In this document: positions 27,889 through 39,600 of the stretch, one piece after another
Numbering within the stretch: the stretch's first letter is position 1
Layout: each line of letters begins with the position of its first letter
Assembly: GCA_973895155.1 (NCBI GenBank)
Contig: OZ316899.1
Coordinates: forward strand, 14,139,934 to 14,203,933
Source of the DNA: Marsupella aquatica
Taxonomy: Eukaryota; Plantae; Marchantiophyta
Direction: 5' to 3'
DNA length: 64,000 bases
Made by a program: the position numbers and the translations under genes
Notes under the pieces: generated by a model
Told to the model about the DNA's origin: nothing
What the model saw: the letters and a program-made list of their open reading frames with translations, nothing else
Databases searched by the model: none

Positions 27889-30800
27889 CTATTGCAAATC
27901 ATCAACCTCATCATATTCCATTTGCCCAGGTTCATCATATGTCTCTCTCAATGTTAAGGGGATGTAGTCAGTCCCTGCCCGAGTTGGAAGTACAGTCTCA
28001 TGACTAGGATGCTCGAATGCAGCATGGTCATCCAAACTGAACTCTACTTTACTTCCATCCATCCGCCTGTTCCGTGCTTGGCTATGGCATACCACCCTCC
28101 AGCCATGTGACTCCTCCACATCTGCAAAGAAAGCCTGTTCAACTTGGCTAGGGAAAACAAAAGGCTCAGACCATTCTGGTACTCTGGACCTAAAATTGGC
28201 CAACAAGAACCCATCATGATCACGCTTCATGGTGGCCCTTGGTCTCTGCCACTCTGATTTCACCCATGATCCCTTCATCAATATCACTGGGACACTTGTG
28301 TTACCATAATTCAACACCCAAATGTCGGTCAACTCCCCCACGTAACCCATCTTCATCCACCCCCTCTGTTCTTCAGAGGTTCTCTGCTCAAACACAGAAA
28401 TCAAACCACAATCATATGATACACAATGGTCACCCTGCTCATCCCTCACTCGATAATGATTTCCATAAGCTCTCATCCGTTTGTAGGTCAGAATAGACAA
28501 TCGTGGTGGCACAGATAGAAGATACAAATCCTTCTCCATATCTGGGTGATGTCTACTATGCTCTCGAATTGTCACCCGAATCCACTGCTCGAACTATGGG
28601 AAGGGATCCTGCTGCCCAGAGTGTGCAGCTTTTTGCATATCATATTCCCTGCATTATGAGGTACAGGCATAGTTAGGTCTAAACAACACATGACAATCTA
28701 AGATCACCCTTGGAACAGACAAGAAGCATCACAACAAAGGCAAGTCAATTCAATCACTCACCTCCACCATGGTTGCATAGGCTCTGTGTTTGCCAGCACA
28801 TATGAATGAGCCTTGTCTCGAATCGCAACAGGCAGCTGAACAGCACGTCCCACACCTTCAACAACCTCGCCACTCACTCCATCATCTTCACCAGATTTCC
28901 AAACTCTTGTCATAGCTTCACCAGACCCAGCCATGTACTCTGTTAGGAATCCCAACGTCTCATCCTTAATGTACCCCAATGCCATGGAAGCCTCTGGCCT
29001 GTAGTATGTTCTCACATGACCTTTCAACAACTTCATGTATCGCTCCATAGGGTACATCCATCTGGTACTGACTGGCCCATACTGCCCTAGCTCTTCTACC
29101 ACATGGATTAGGAGATGAGTCATAACATCAAAGAAAGCAGGGGGGAAGTATATCTCCAAGTCACAGAGGACATAAGCAGCATCCTGCTTCAACTGCTCCA
29201 ATCCTTGGGGATCCCACACTTTCACACATATACGGCGAAATACATTGCACAGTCGAAGAATGACATTACGGACTGGTTTCTGCATGAGACCTCTGAGGCA
29301 TAGGGGCAGAATGTGCTGCATCAACACATGGTAGTCATGTGTTTTCATACTGCCAAGTTTATTCTTTGTAATATGCTTCTTGAAGGCACCAGCATAGCCA
29401 GAGGGCACTTTCAGACAGCTCAATCTATACAAGAATGTCTTCCATTCATCCTGTGTGCACACATAGGGAGCTTGGAACTTGAGAAGTACATTGGGATTGC
29501 TTGCATGGGGCTTCAACCAAAGGTGAGGGCGAATCCCCTTCTGTTGCATATCAGCTCGAACTGCTCCTGTATCTTTCTCACCCGACAAGAACTTCAGCAA
29601 GCTCTCACAAATATTTTTCTCAATGTGCATGACGTCCACATTGTGTTTGCTGGGCTCGAATTCCTGCACTCCACAAAGCAAAGAATTCAACAACAGAAAC
29701 ACTAATTAACCACATAGGAGGATTGTAACCAACATCAATCCACCATTGCTCCAATCTAAAATTGCAATCATACAGGGGCTGGAGGCTAAGTACATTACCC
29801 TCCAGTACTCCAACTCCAAGTCCATCAAGGTCTGTCTTTTCACACCGTGTTTCACCACTGGATCCTCAGGTTCTCGATCAGTGGCACTTCTCTTGTCCCA
29901 ATCAGCCTTCCTGGCTGCCCACCTCAGGACTTGCTCTCTGGTGACCCTCTGTGGTGGGCCACGAAGCTCTGTTTTGTTGTTGAAGTGTGCAATTTGAGAC
30001 CGTGTGTGCCTGTAAGGATGATCAACAGGCAAATACCTTCTATGCCCCTGAAATTTCATACTGTGCAGGGCATGCGACCACTCACTTGTCACATTTTTCC
30101 CACATGGTGTGCACCCCACATAGCCCTTTGTCACTCGTCCAGATATGATGCCATGGCCTGGGTAATCTGCTATATCCAGCAAACAAATTGCATGCAGTCT
30201 AAAGGGGCTGGGTCAAAGAAGCCCCTTCAGAACATCATGGGTTAACACCCCTTCTATCCACAAAGTCTTCCACTCTTCCACTGCTGGAGCCAACATGATA
30301 TCTATGAATTGCTCGGTCACAGAAGCTGGTCCAGGGATTAACAGCACCATCATGACAAAAAACCTCTTTGTAGTCATCCATGGGGGAAGGTTGTAATTTA
30401 GCAGCGTAACCGGCCAACATGAATAACGGTTGTTTTTGTCTCCAAATGGGTTTACTCCATCCAGTGATAGACCAAATCGAAAGTTCCGCTTCTCTGCAGC
30501 AAACTGTGGCCACCTCTCATCAACAAATTTCCAATGGTTGGAATCTCCAATGTGACGCTGCAGGCCATCACTGCTCTTGTTATCAGGAGTCCATGTCATC
30601 AGCTTGGAAATGGCAGGGCATCTAAATAGACGTTGTAGTCTAGGAATGAGAGGAAAATGACGAAGAACCTTGGCAGGGTGTGTACATTTCCCTACATTCT
30701 TGTACCTGTGCTTACCACAATGAGGGCATGTCAATTTATCTGCATGCTCTTTGCGAAAGAGAACACACCCATCAGGGCATGCGTCAATAGACACATAGTT

Positions 30801-31589
30801 CAGCCCAAGGTTAGACATCAATTTCCTAGCCTCGTACATATTTTTTGGAATTGAATTACCATCTGGTAACACATTTCGGCGCAGGAAGGTCAACAACTCT
30901 GTCACAAATATATTGGGAACATTGTGATTGCCACAGATGTTCAACAACAACACGACAAAACCCAGCTTGGAGCAGTTCGACCCCTCGTAGATAGGAATGC
31001 AAGCTTCTTTGATGTGTTTTGGGCCCCCAAACACCCACTCCCTCTCTGCTGCACCTTCCCCAATGTCAAAGTCAGGTTGAGCTTGGCCGTCGCCAATGTG
31101 TGGCTGCGGTTCATTGTCCTCTTCTGATTCCACTGTGTCGTAAAAAGCATCAAGGTCTTCAAAAATCTCTTGAACCATTCTTGGGACATCCATCCCACCG
31201 TCCTCAGTGATTGCCTCTACATCTCCATCTTGGTCATCCACGTTCTCATGTTGGACCCCAGGACCATCCTCTGCACAGTCTATGTCCTGCTCTACGTAGT
31301 CTCTACGCCTAGCTGTATTAGAATCCACAAAGTCAGCTCTCCACTCTTCATCAGAGGAGTCTTCTTCTGCTGGTACATTCCAAACCCTCCACCGAGGGTG
31401 CCTTTCATGCCGCAGCAGGTGAAGGTGCACAGTGTTCAAACTCAACGACTTGAATCCTTGGCACTGTGTGCATGGGCATCTCATCCTCCTACTCCTACCT
31501 TGGGCGGCCCGGGCTTGTTCACGCATCCACAATTTAGAATCATGATGCCTAATCCTAAATGGGTTGTGAAGAGGCAACCTTGGAGCCAT
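27889..31589 (-). pseudogene. TnpD/Tnp2-type transposase of the inner element (two introns, two in-frame stops)
   Basis: Motifs RCPCTQC, IDACPDGC, FPLIPRLQRLF, LSLDGVNPF, YNLPPW, DYPG, DVMHIEKN, MKTHDYH, RWMYPMER, EPFVFPSQVEQAFF. TGA at 30213 and TAG near 28592 interrupt an otherwise continuous spliced frame. Confidence 0.95.
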
Positions 31590-31915
31590 CACTATACACA
31601 CGCACTCAGCACCCTGTCATTTTATTATGCAAGTGAAAAATACACTTCCTGTTAAGGATTTCACCCCCGACTGTACTTGCCAAAATACGTAACGTTCCAA
31701 AAAAACAAAAAAACAAAAAATATAGGTGCCTGAGTCATGTACCTATTCTCAAGTGAATGAGACAAAATTCCTAAATGTTTGAGGGTGTCAACTCCTCCGC
31801 TGTCCTCACATGTACTGCCTCTGCACGTACATCCATGACCATATCAGAGTCCAATCATGTATAGTCATAGACACAGGTGCCAGGTGCGAGACCGGTGTGA
31901 GATGTCCTCATCTTA

Positions 31916-32485
31916 CTACCACATCAAATACGGATACCAATCCTGTTGTCGATGCCACTCAGCCCTGAGGTACTCAGGCATGTACATTAAGTCATCAAGG
32001 TCTAAACCCTGCTCATGCCATGGTGGTCTTCGATCCGTGCCTACAAGCAATGGCAGCAGTGCCCTCCATGGTGCACATGTTGCTACCAAGTCCCTCCACT
32101 GGGTACTAATTAGTCTATATTTGCAGATATCTTGTGCGCCAGACACCACAAGAACCCTCGGCCAGACATGTGTAAGAACTATATCATCTGCCAAATCAGG
32201 CAACAAGGAACCACCTACAGCATCGTGCTTGTCTAACTCATCTGCTGAAAAGTAAATGTCCTCTTCCGACTGTGCATCCTCATTCACCACAGCATTCACA
32301 ACACATCCAAGGTCTGTAGGCATTATCTCGGATGGAGCTACACTCTGTCTGGTTACCAATCCACACAAGTAAGCCCAAGCAGTAGCCATGCACGATGCAA
32401 CCCGTAGGAGGACCCTACATAGGGCCTGACGGTCTGGAAGAGGCAGCATACCCACCAAAGTCTTCAGCCAAACAGAGCCCAGCAA
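31916..32485 (-). CDS. F-box-like protein with no recognisable substrate-binding domain (cargo)
   Basis: SLLPDLADDIVLTHVWPRV...ICKYRLISTQWRDLV matches the F-box pattern LPxLPDDIxxxIxxRL...xRxVxxxWxxL. Start codon uncertain. Confidence 0.72.
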   Translation of the reverse strand: MLGSVWLKTLVGMLPLPDRQALCRVLLRVASCMATAWAYLCGLVTRQSVAPSEIMPTDLGCVVNAVVNEDAQSEEDIYFSADELDKHDAVGGSLLPDLADDIVLTHVWPRVLVVSGAQDICKYRLISTQWRDLVATCAPWRALLPLLVGTDRRPPWHEQGLDLDDLMYMPEYLRAEWHRQQDWYPYLMW

Positions 32486-32625
32486 GTAGATTCACAGTCA
32501 CACCCCACGCAGCAGGAAACAACAATCACTTCAACTGCGACCAACCATGACAAGATGAGTTAGTTCAAGGATCACATTTATTACAAAATTGTGTTTTATA
32601 CAAAAATATGAGGGACTCCTACTCC

Positions 32626-33474
32626 TCACTCTCTCCCACCTTTGCTAAGCATACATCTCCGCTGAATCTTGGAGGGCCAGACCTCAAAAATATCAAAGTC
32701 CCAAGCATTCTGTCGCTTCCCTCTAGCTGCTGATTCCAGAAGCCAATCAGGGGAAAGCACCCAAAGATTGTTGTTCATGACAAAATCACGCACTGTTGTC
32801 TTAAAGAATTTTCTGCATATTTTCATGTATGACAGACCTACAACATGAGTGGAGGTTTCTGTTAGACTCTCCTCCACTGTCCCACCTAGCTCAACAACTA
32901 TAGACTTGTACAGTCTGCACTTAGTCTCCCCAATTCCTTCTTCTGCAAATACCACACTGAACCCCTTCATAATGGTATTTCTCTCCTTGCCATGCTCATT
33001 CAATATAGCATCTGCACGCATAGGATGGTGTCCTATGTTGACAACAGGTCCATATTGGACAGAAGCAAAGTTGGGTTTCTCTGCCGCTGCTTCATAGGCT
33101 TCCTTTTCAGCCAAAGCCTCTGTAGTGGCCTCCTCACTCTCCCACAACTCATATTGCTCAGTACTCTGTACACACCTATGTTTAACAGAATCGGTCAGCC
33201 AAGAGACTTCAACTACTTTTAGACCTTGGTTGGTAATGGCAGAATCAATGAAGGACCATGACCACTTGTTCATCACATCCAGCCATGTCCCCGCAACAAC
33301 ATGTGTAGTCTGTGGAGTGATGTCCTTGACTTCAGTCCCATGGAACTCTGAGAATTGTTTTTGTACGATTGGCCAACTCACTTGGGTGAACCCATAGTGG
33401 CCAGGAATCAAAATGGCTTTGATTCCAGCCAACAGAGGCGGGTGGTCAACCTTTGTACGTTTTCTAGAGGCCAT
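32626..33474 (-). CDS. Tandem two-BRCT-domain protein (cargo)
   Basis: Two repeats with BRCT hallmarks: HGTEV...TTHVV...VVEVSWLTDSV...YEL and LGGTV...STHVV...VLSPDWLLESA. Basic N-terminus MASRKRTK. Intronless and uninterrupted. Confidence 0.88.
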   Translation of the reverse strand: MASRKRTKVDHPPLLAGIKAILIPGHYGFTQVSWPIVQKQFSEFHGTEVKDITPQTTHVVAGTWLDVMNKWSWSFIDSAITNQGLKVVEVSWLTDSVKHRCVQSTEQYELWESEEATTEALAEKEAYEAAAEKPNFASVQYGPVVNIGHHPMRADAILNEHGKERNTIMKGFSVVFAEEGIGETKCRLYKSIVVELGGTVEESLTETSTHVVGLSYMKICRKFFKTTVRDFVMNNNLWVLSPDWLLESAARGKRQNAWDFDIFEVWPSKIQRRCMLSKGGRE

Positions 33475-34072
33475 GTACACACGGGCCACCTAATCACTGC
33501 AGACCAGAAGATAATGCGTTCACCTGATAATCGGAGGGCCCTTAAAATGCTGCGTTTATAACTTGGTCCAGTCCAGTCGTCTGGTGAGTCTCTGCTCCGA
33601 TTCCAAACGGGAGAAATATTGGGACAAACGTACTAGACACCTGCAAGCATGCACCTCATAGTTTGAATATGTGCCTTCACAATATTGAAGGTGACAAGTG
33701 CAATTGTTTTGTGATGCCACATACAGATGTTGTAAATGGGCAGACATTCAATGAGAATACAAAATGTTGGTACACTTTAAGGGAATTCTCGCAAATTAAA
33801 TAGCCTTGTAACTTATATGCTCATAATGAGAAGTCCTGATTTAATTTAAGCAGTGTCATGTAAGTCGTGATCAAAATGATTGCAGAGTTAAAAAAGTTCC
33901 TAGAAGGCTTAAGGGCAGTTTTTGAAGGCATGTACCCAGGAACAAGTAATGAACTTAGGGTACTTGTTGCCTAAGCATCCTCTCCTACAGAGGTCCTTCT
34001 TCTCAAAATTGGAATGTCTGCAATCTCCAAGGTATCCACATCAGGTGCACTATGCATGTATATTATTCAGGT

Positions 34073-34753
34073 TCAAAGCCAAGAAATGTGATCTCTCATG
34101 GGAGTGTGCAAAGTAGGATCTATGGCATGGCGATGACAATAGAAGATCCATCGATCAACACCATGTGCAGAGTGATCATAGATGTGTCTGTCACAAGCAT
34201 AGCCTTCTGCTTGACGCTCCTTCAAACAATGAAAGTGCCACATGGTGGGACACCTAACACAGTGGACTATGTCCACCCAGAAATCTTCATCGTGCTGACC
34301 ACATGCCTTGCACTTATGAAGTGGGCAAGCTGTGGCAAGATCGGGCAAACATGAAAAACAAAAGAACCTCACACAATATCTGTCAGGGCATTTCCTAACA
34401 AGTGGTGGAGCATCAACAGAGCCCTCATAAGACCCCAACTTCCCACACTGTGCACACTTAGCCTGCTTCTCCAAACAATCAGTGCACATCCAGCCTCCCT
34501 GGTGTGCTGACGGGAGGCCCACCCCTGGACAGTTGTTTTCTGCAGCAAGGTCAGACTCCGGGTTGAGGTGGAAATGCCTCATGCAAGGGCCCTCACATAT
34601 GGCTAAGCCACCACCATCGTCACAAATGGCACAACAATGAGCTGCCTTCTGGAAAATCTGACTTGCGGAGAAGTTACTACCATCTGGCCCAACTACACCT
34701 GTGTTGCTCACCTCTGTCCCCCGCTTCTTGGCTCGGATTTTAGGGCGTGCCAT
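34073..34753 (-). CDS. EDM2-like multi-PHD zinc-finger protein (cargo)
   Basis: CAICDDGG, CEGPCMRHFH, CAQCGKLGS, CPLHKCKAC, CVRCPTMWH and FYCHRHAIDPTLHTPMRDH occur in the order I recall for the plant EDM2 PHD cassette. NLS-like N-terminus. Uninterrupted 226-aa ORF. Confidence 0.88.
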   Translation of the reverse strand: MARPKIRAKKRGTEVSNTGVVGPDGSNFSASQIFQKAAHCCAICDDGGGLAICEGPCMRHFHLNPESDLAAENNCPGVGLPSAHQGGWMCTDCLEKQAKCAQCGKLGSYEGSVDAPPLVRKCPDRYCVRFFCFSCLPDLATACPLHKCKACGQHDEDFWVDIVHCVRCPTMWHFHCLKERQAEGYACDRHIYDHSAHGVDRWIFYCHRHAIDPTLHTPMRDHISWL

Positions 34754-35422
34754 GCCTACGCATGAGACAGATAGTACAATTTAGCAGAGTGCACGGACAA
34801 TACAATTTAGTGCAGTGTACAAAAAGTACAGTGTAGCATATAGACTAGAGTGGCAATTGCTACTGCAATGAAATGTTCACACACATGTGCAGAGTAGACA
34901 TACTTTTTGGTTTGTTGAGCCCACACTAAAAACTGATCCCCTCGTACAATAGCTCCACCTACACCTCAATTTTGTGGCTATGATTCACCAAAGGAGATCT
35001 GCAACAAGATTTAATGCATTTGAATCACATATAACAGTCGTGACATGTAAAACAGGCATTTTTTGAACAGGATTGGTATCAAGCACTGTGATCAGGGTTG
35101 TAATTTATACATCCTAAATAGGCTATGATAGTGAATGAGACAAATAAGTTAGGCAGAAATCACTTTTTCCAGGTTATCACATGGCCCATTAATTCCAGTC
35201 TTTGAAAGGAGACTTTTAAGTGAGCTTGCTAGCCTCTTAAATTAGGATATTGTACTTAGTGCAGCCATAATAGGATAAGTTATGTACTGTTGACCCTAAA
35301 CCCTGGACCCAAAATTGGTCATAATTCAAAATCTTAAGTAAATATCCTCTCTGTTCAAGTCAAAGTGTTAAGTTATAGGTCAATGGTCTCTGGTTTGTGC
35401 ATGCGGTGTGACAAGTGGTCCT

Positions 35423-35872
35423 CTAGAGCGTGTGATCCAAACATGTGTAGACACCAAAGTGACCGGTGGTGGGGTCTGGGAGGGCAGGACAAGTGACATC
35501 GCCAGGCACACTGCAGGATGGCGAGTGGTTCCAGATGATACATTGTGCTCTGTGAAAAAACCGACATCCAAGAGAACGGTCATCCAACTCTAGGCCAGAA
35601 GCCCTACAGGCAGGACAGTCATATTGGCAACTGTGCACACACCCTTGGGCCCTAATTTGTGGCGGGTCATGTATGAGAGACAGAAATACCAAGGATGTTG
35701 GGAAGGGTGGAGAAGCAGGTACAGGCCGGCTGTAGTTGTTCCTGGCAACAACTGGGTACTCAAAGTACCATGCAGACTGGGCTGGAAGGATCCCAAGTCT
35801 GACATACTCAAGGCGCAACATCTCTGCCTTGCGTGCAAGCCGCACATGTTCAGCATTGCGGGTCCTCACCAT
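35423..35872 (-). CDS. Hypothetical Cys/His-rich 149-aa cargo protein
   Basis: ATG-initiated ORF (MVRTRNA...) co-oriented with the other cargo ORFs; contains CVHSCQYDCPAC. No family recognised. Confidence 0.45.
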   Translation of the reverse strand: MVRTRNAEHVRLARKAEMLRLEYVRLGILPAQSAWYFEYPVVARNNYSRPVPASPPFPTSLVFLSLIHDPPQIRAQGCVHSCQYDCPACRASGLELDDRSLGCRFFHRAQCIIWNHSPSCSVPGDVTCPALPDPTTGHFGVYTCLDHTL

Positions 35873-36138
35873 AAGTGTTGCTTTTGTGGAGATGTCGTGT
35901 GTTCACGTCCTCTGATAAGCACCTTCGATCAGCAAGGTGAGCAGGAGCTGTACTTGCCTCACCAACAGCAACCAACCTTAAATTATCAGTTCCCACTCAC
36001 TGTGTCATTCCATTGGTTCCAGCTAGGGGTCACAGTGTAAACATAGCATGAAACACTCCTAATCAACTTGCTTACAAACTACAATATCCAGAAAGAGTGA
36101 AAGTCTCACCCTCCAGTGAGCAGCAGAGAGGTAGTTCA

Positions 36139-36669
36139 CTAGATGTGTTGATGTGCAGTTAAACCTCCACTATTGCTTACTTCTGGTGTATGCTGCTCAG
36201 AAGAAGACATATTAGTAGCAGCAAATTGCAAATAATGGCCATAAGCAAACCGTGAGAGTTTGCAGAATGCTACGACAAATCCATCACAGCAGTGCTCCAC
36301 AGGAATGAAACCAAGCAAAATTTGGTGACCTCGGCCAATGACAAGACCAATGTAGTGAACAATCCTTGACCGATCAGGATATGGATTGGAATTACAATTA
36401 GTCAGCTCTTCTTCTTTGTTTTCTAACTCTGGGGGAAATGAGCATGACCAGGGAATTCTTTGAGAAATAGAAGTGCACAGGGAAAATGAAATTGGCTCAT
36501 TCAGCTGCGCAAGACCGGCCATTGCAGCAAACTTGGACAGTTGTTCCGCAATACATAAAATACCCTGACTTACATGCAATCGATACAATCTGCTTCTGTT
36601 GGCTGTCCTACAGCTCACGGTAGTGCCGTTGGGATAGGGTAAGTGAATATTGCCATAGCTGAAGCACAT
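36139..36669 (-). CDS. Hypothetical cargo ORF (up to 176 aa)
   Basis: Long, co-oriented ORF inside the inner element; no motif recognised. Confidence 0.3.
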   Translation of the reverse strand: MCFSYGNIHLPYPNGTTVSCRTANRSRLYRLHVSQGILCIAEQLSKFAAMAGLAQLNEPISFSLCTSISQRIPWSCSFPPELENKEEELTNCNSNPYPDRSRIVHYIGLVIGRGHQILLGFIPVEHCCDGFVVAFCKLSRFAYGHYLQFAATNMSSSEQHTPEVSNSGGLTAHQHI

Positions 36670-39600
36670 TGAGCTTGCAGCAAGAAGTGAAGGAGCATGG
36701 CCAAAAGCAGAAAAGACAGACAGGTTTTACAAGAAGAAACTAACAACCGCCAATCTGCTCAAATCCGCTGCATAGATCAAACCCTCCAAACTACACAGCC
36801 CTCCTTTGAAAACAATCCAATGTGCTTTGGCTGGTGGATGACAAGGACTGGGAGAAGAGGAAACGTCTACACAATCAATCCCAATGACGGGACACAGAGA
36901 CCAGGCACAGAGAGGATTTGTGCTTAGACAAAAACCACAAATTGTAGCATGGGCGCCATAGCATTGGGCGGCAATGGGAAGAATTACATCAAATGAGTGG
37001 ACAGAGAATGAACAGTCCGGTTATAGGCAAACAGCGACTGATGCCCTGATGCAATGAAACACGCATTGACATAGCGGAGGGACATAAAAACTACATAAGC
37101 CAACTTACTGACCTTTTAAGGCCCACAATTTCAAGGGGAGGGACAAAGACAGCAATAACAGACGCAGAGACAAAGCTGTACTCTGTCAATTGAGTAGGCA
37201 AGTGGGTGGGTGAAGATCAACAACCAATGTAGCAGCGCAACCAGAGTAGCAACAAAGAAGCAGGTTGCCCTCAGTCTCCTATTTTTCAAGCAGCTCGTGC
37301 TCGCGGTCAATCTCCTATTCTGCAAGCAGCTCACGCTCGTCCCTCTTGTTCTGCAAGCAGGTCATTCTTGTCGGCGATGGTGCAAGCTGTCCTCCTAAAC
37401 TCTGACACTCAAAATGAAAAGACCAAGCACCTCCAATCTGTTTGATCCCTTCCGCAAGCAGCCGAGCGGCAGACGATAATGTAGGGATCAAGAACCAAGT
37501 GCCAGGCGGACATTGCACAAAATGAGGACCGGGGGCAGAGACAAAATCTACCGAAATCTACCGAAATCTACTTCTTGGGGTCCAGCCCACGGATGGACAT
37601 CATGCAAGGTGGTCAAAAATGGTAAGTGCAATTGTTGGAGAGCTGTACTCGCGATTACTAACGGTGCATCCACAAAACGCGTCATCAAGTTGTCAGTGCG
37701 GCCACAACAATTTTGACAGTCTCAGGATCACAGGTCCACAAACAAGTTGCAAATGAAGACACACAACGTCCAGGAGGGAAAGTCTGCAACACTAACCCTT
37801 TGTAAAGCCCCCGAGCTTACCTTCTAGCTGCCGACGCAAAGAGAAAACCTACTCGGACACTGAAGCAACCCTAAACTCAAAGTCTCACCTTAGCGCAACA
37901 ACTCCTGGATTGGATTCAGCTAGCTCAGGCTCAATGAAGCATGTCGCCTTGGGCTCTCCGGATCCTCCCAAGGCAGCAAACAAGTTAGGGTCCACGGTCC
38001 TTGTACCTTCACCGCACCGTTGTGTCCTTCCCAATGCCTCCTCTGTAGTTGCGTCTTGTCTGCAACTCTACAGCTCCCCGTGTTGCTCTGCCGCACTTAG
38101 TTATATTCCAACGCCCGATCGTGACCAAAAAGAGTTTTCTCCTGCTGGACAGCACTAGGCATTTGTTCAATCTCTTGATCACGTGTAAGCAGCTACAGGT
38201 ATGAATCACTCAGTTGGTAGCTCAATACGCTTACAGCAAGAGGGCGCAATAGGTAGAAGCTCGCGCTACCTAGACCAGCACAAGGACAAAGCATTAACAT
38301 TGAAACTGTACCATGGAGCTGGAGAAAACCACAGAGTAATTGAAGCCTAACAATACCCTTCTTAGCTCCCGACTCCAAACTCTCGGCTCCCAGTTTGCAA
38401 GAACAAGCACTATGAAAATATGGATTCCCACATTGACTGTGTCCGCAGAACAGATGCAACCCGCATGCAACTTCACCAGCTCAACGGCAGCTTGACAACT
38501 GAAGGACCTCCCAATGAGCCTCACGGCCTCCCGATGCTCGTTATGGGTGCAGCAAAAGGGTCTATACCACAACTGTGACCGAGATTGTCACCCAAAACCT
38601 TGAAGAAACCCCAACCTCCGACTCCTCAAACTCCGACAAGCTCCTCACGAACATTGCAGCAGCCACAACCTTCTTCGCCCTACCAGCCAAAAACTAAATG
38701 TCCCTAAAGGAGATCGAGCAGGAATGCAGGTCTATGAGTAGACTGCAAGCGCAAGGTTAGATCACTGCAACTGCCTGAACACTGCTCCTCGAGAGCATAA
38801 ACAAGCACATAACGCGCGGGAAGTTCACTCCGCAATGGTTGCAAAAAGTGGGCAACACTGAAAGGAAAACCCTACGTAAAACCCCGAACACTCCACCCCT
38901 CACGTTCTAAGTTCAATGACAATGGCGAAAACTCCAAAGAGACTCCCAAAGTGAAGTTTAGTGCCTGAAACCGAATTAGGGGAAGCCACTCAGCCTTACC
39001 GTTTGAGTGAGCCGTTGAGTGTCACCCAAAGTGGGACAAAGCTACAAAGTGTTACTGCATGGCCAACTTAGGCAATGAATGGTCATATTTGCACATACAT
39101 GGTCGGTAGTGACATTTTATTGCACGCCGTAATCAGGATTAAGGTTGCCCAACATTATATCCGGTCCTAAAATGCAATATTCCCGGTGCAAGAATGTGAC
39201 CTAGCTCTAATGTATGAAAAAGGACCGGTACAAATCTACCTTTGTGCATCTTGACCTTTTATAGATGGATTTAGTAATGGCCAAGAATATCTTGACCATC
39301 CCTCCATGGTCCAACCTCCATGAACCCCACTTCATTAAACCCAAAACCTTTTTGGTCACAAATAAGGACATTTAATGAGTTATGCCCCTTGCTATCACCC
39401 TCTTTATAGATTTATTTTTTTGTTTGAAATTTTACATTTATTCCGCGTGAACCCCACGGATGGGGGAACCAGTAGGCCAAATGGCATCATAAAACCTCAA
39501 CACCCAAAGGAGGCAATAACAAAGAGTTACTCAACCAGGGTCATCAGATCAGGCAAAGATTGCGAAGCCGTTCTTCTAGTGGTCCATGCAACAAGTAACA

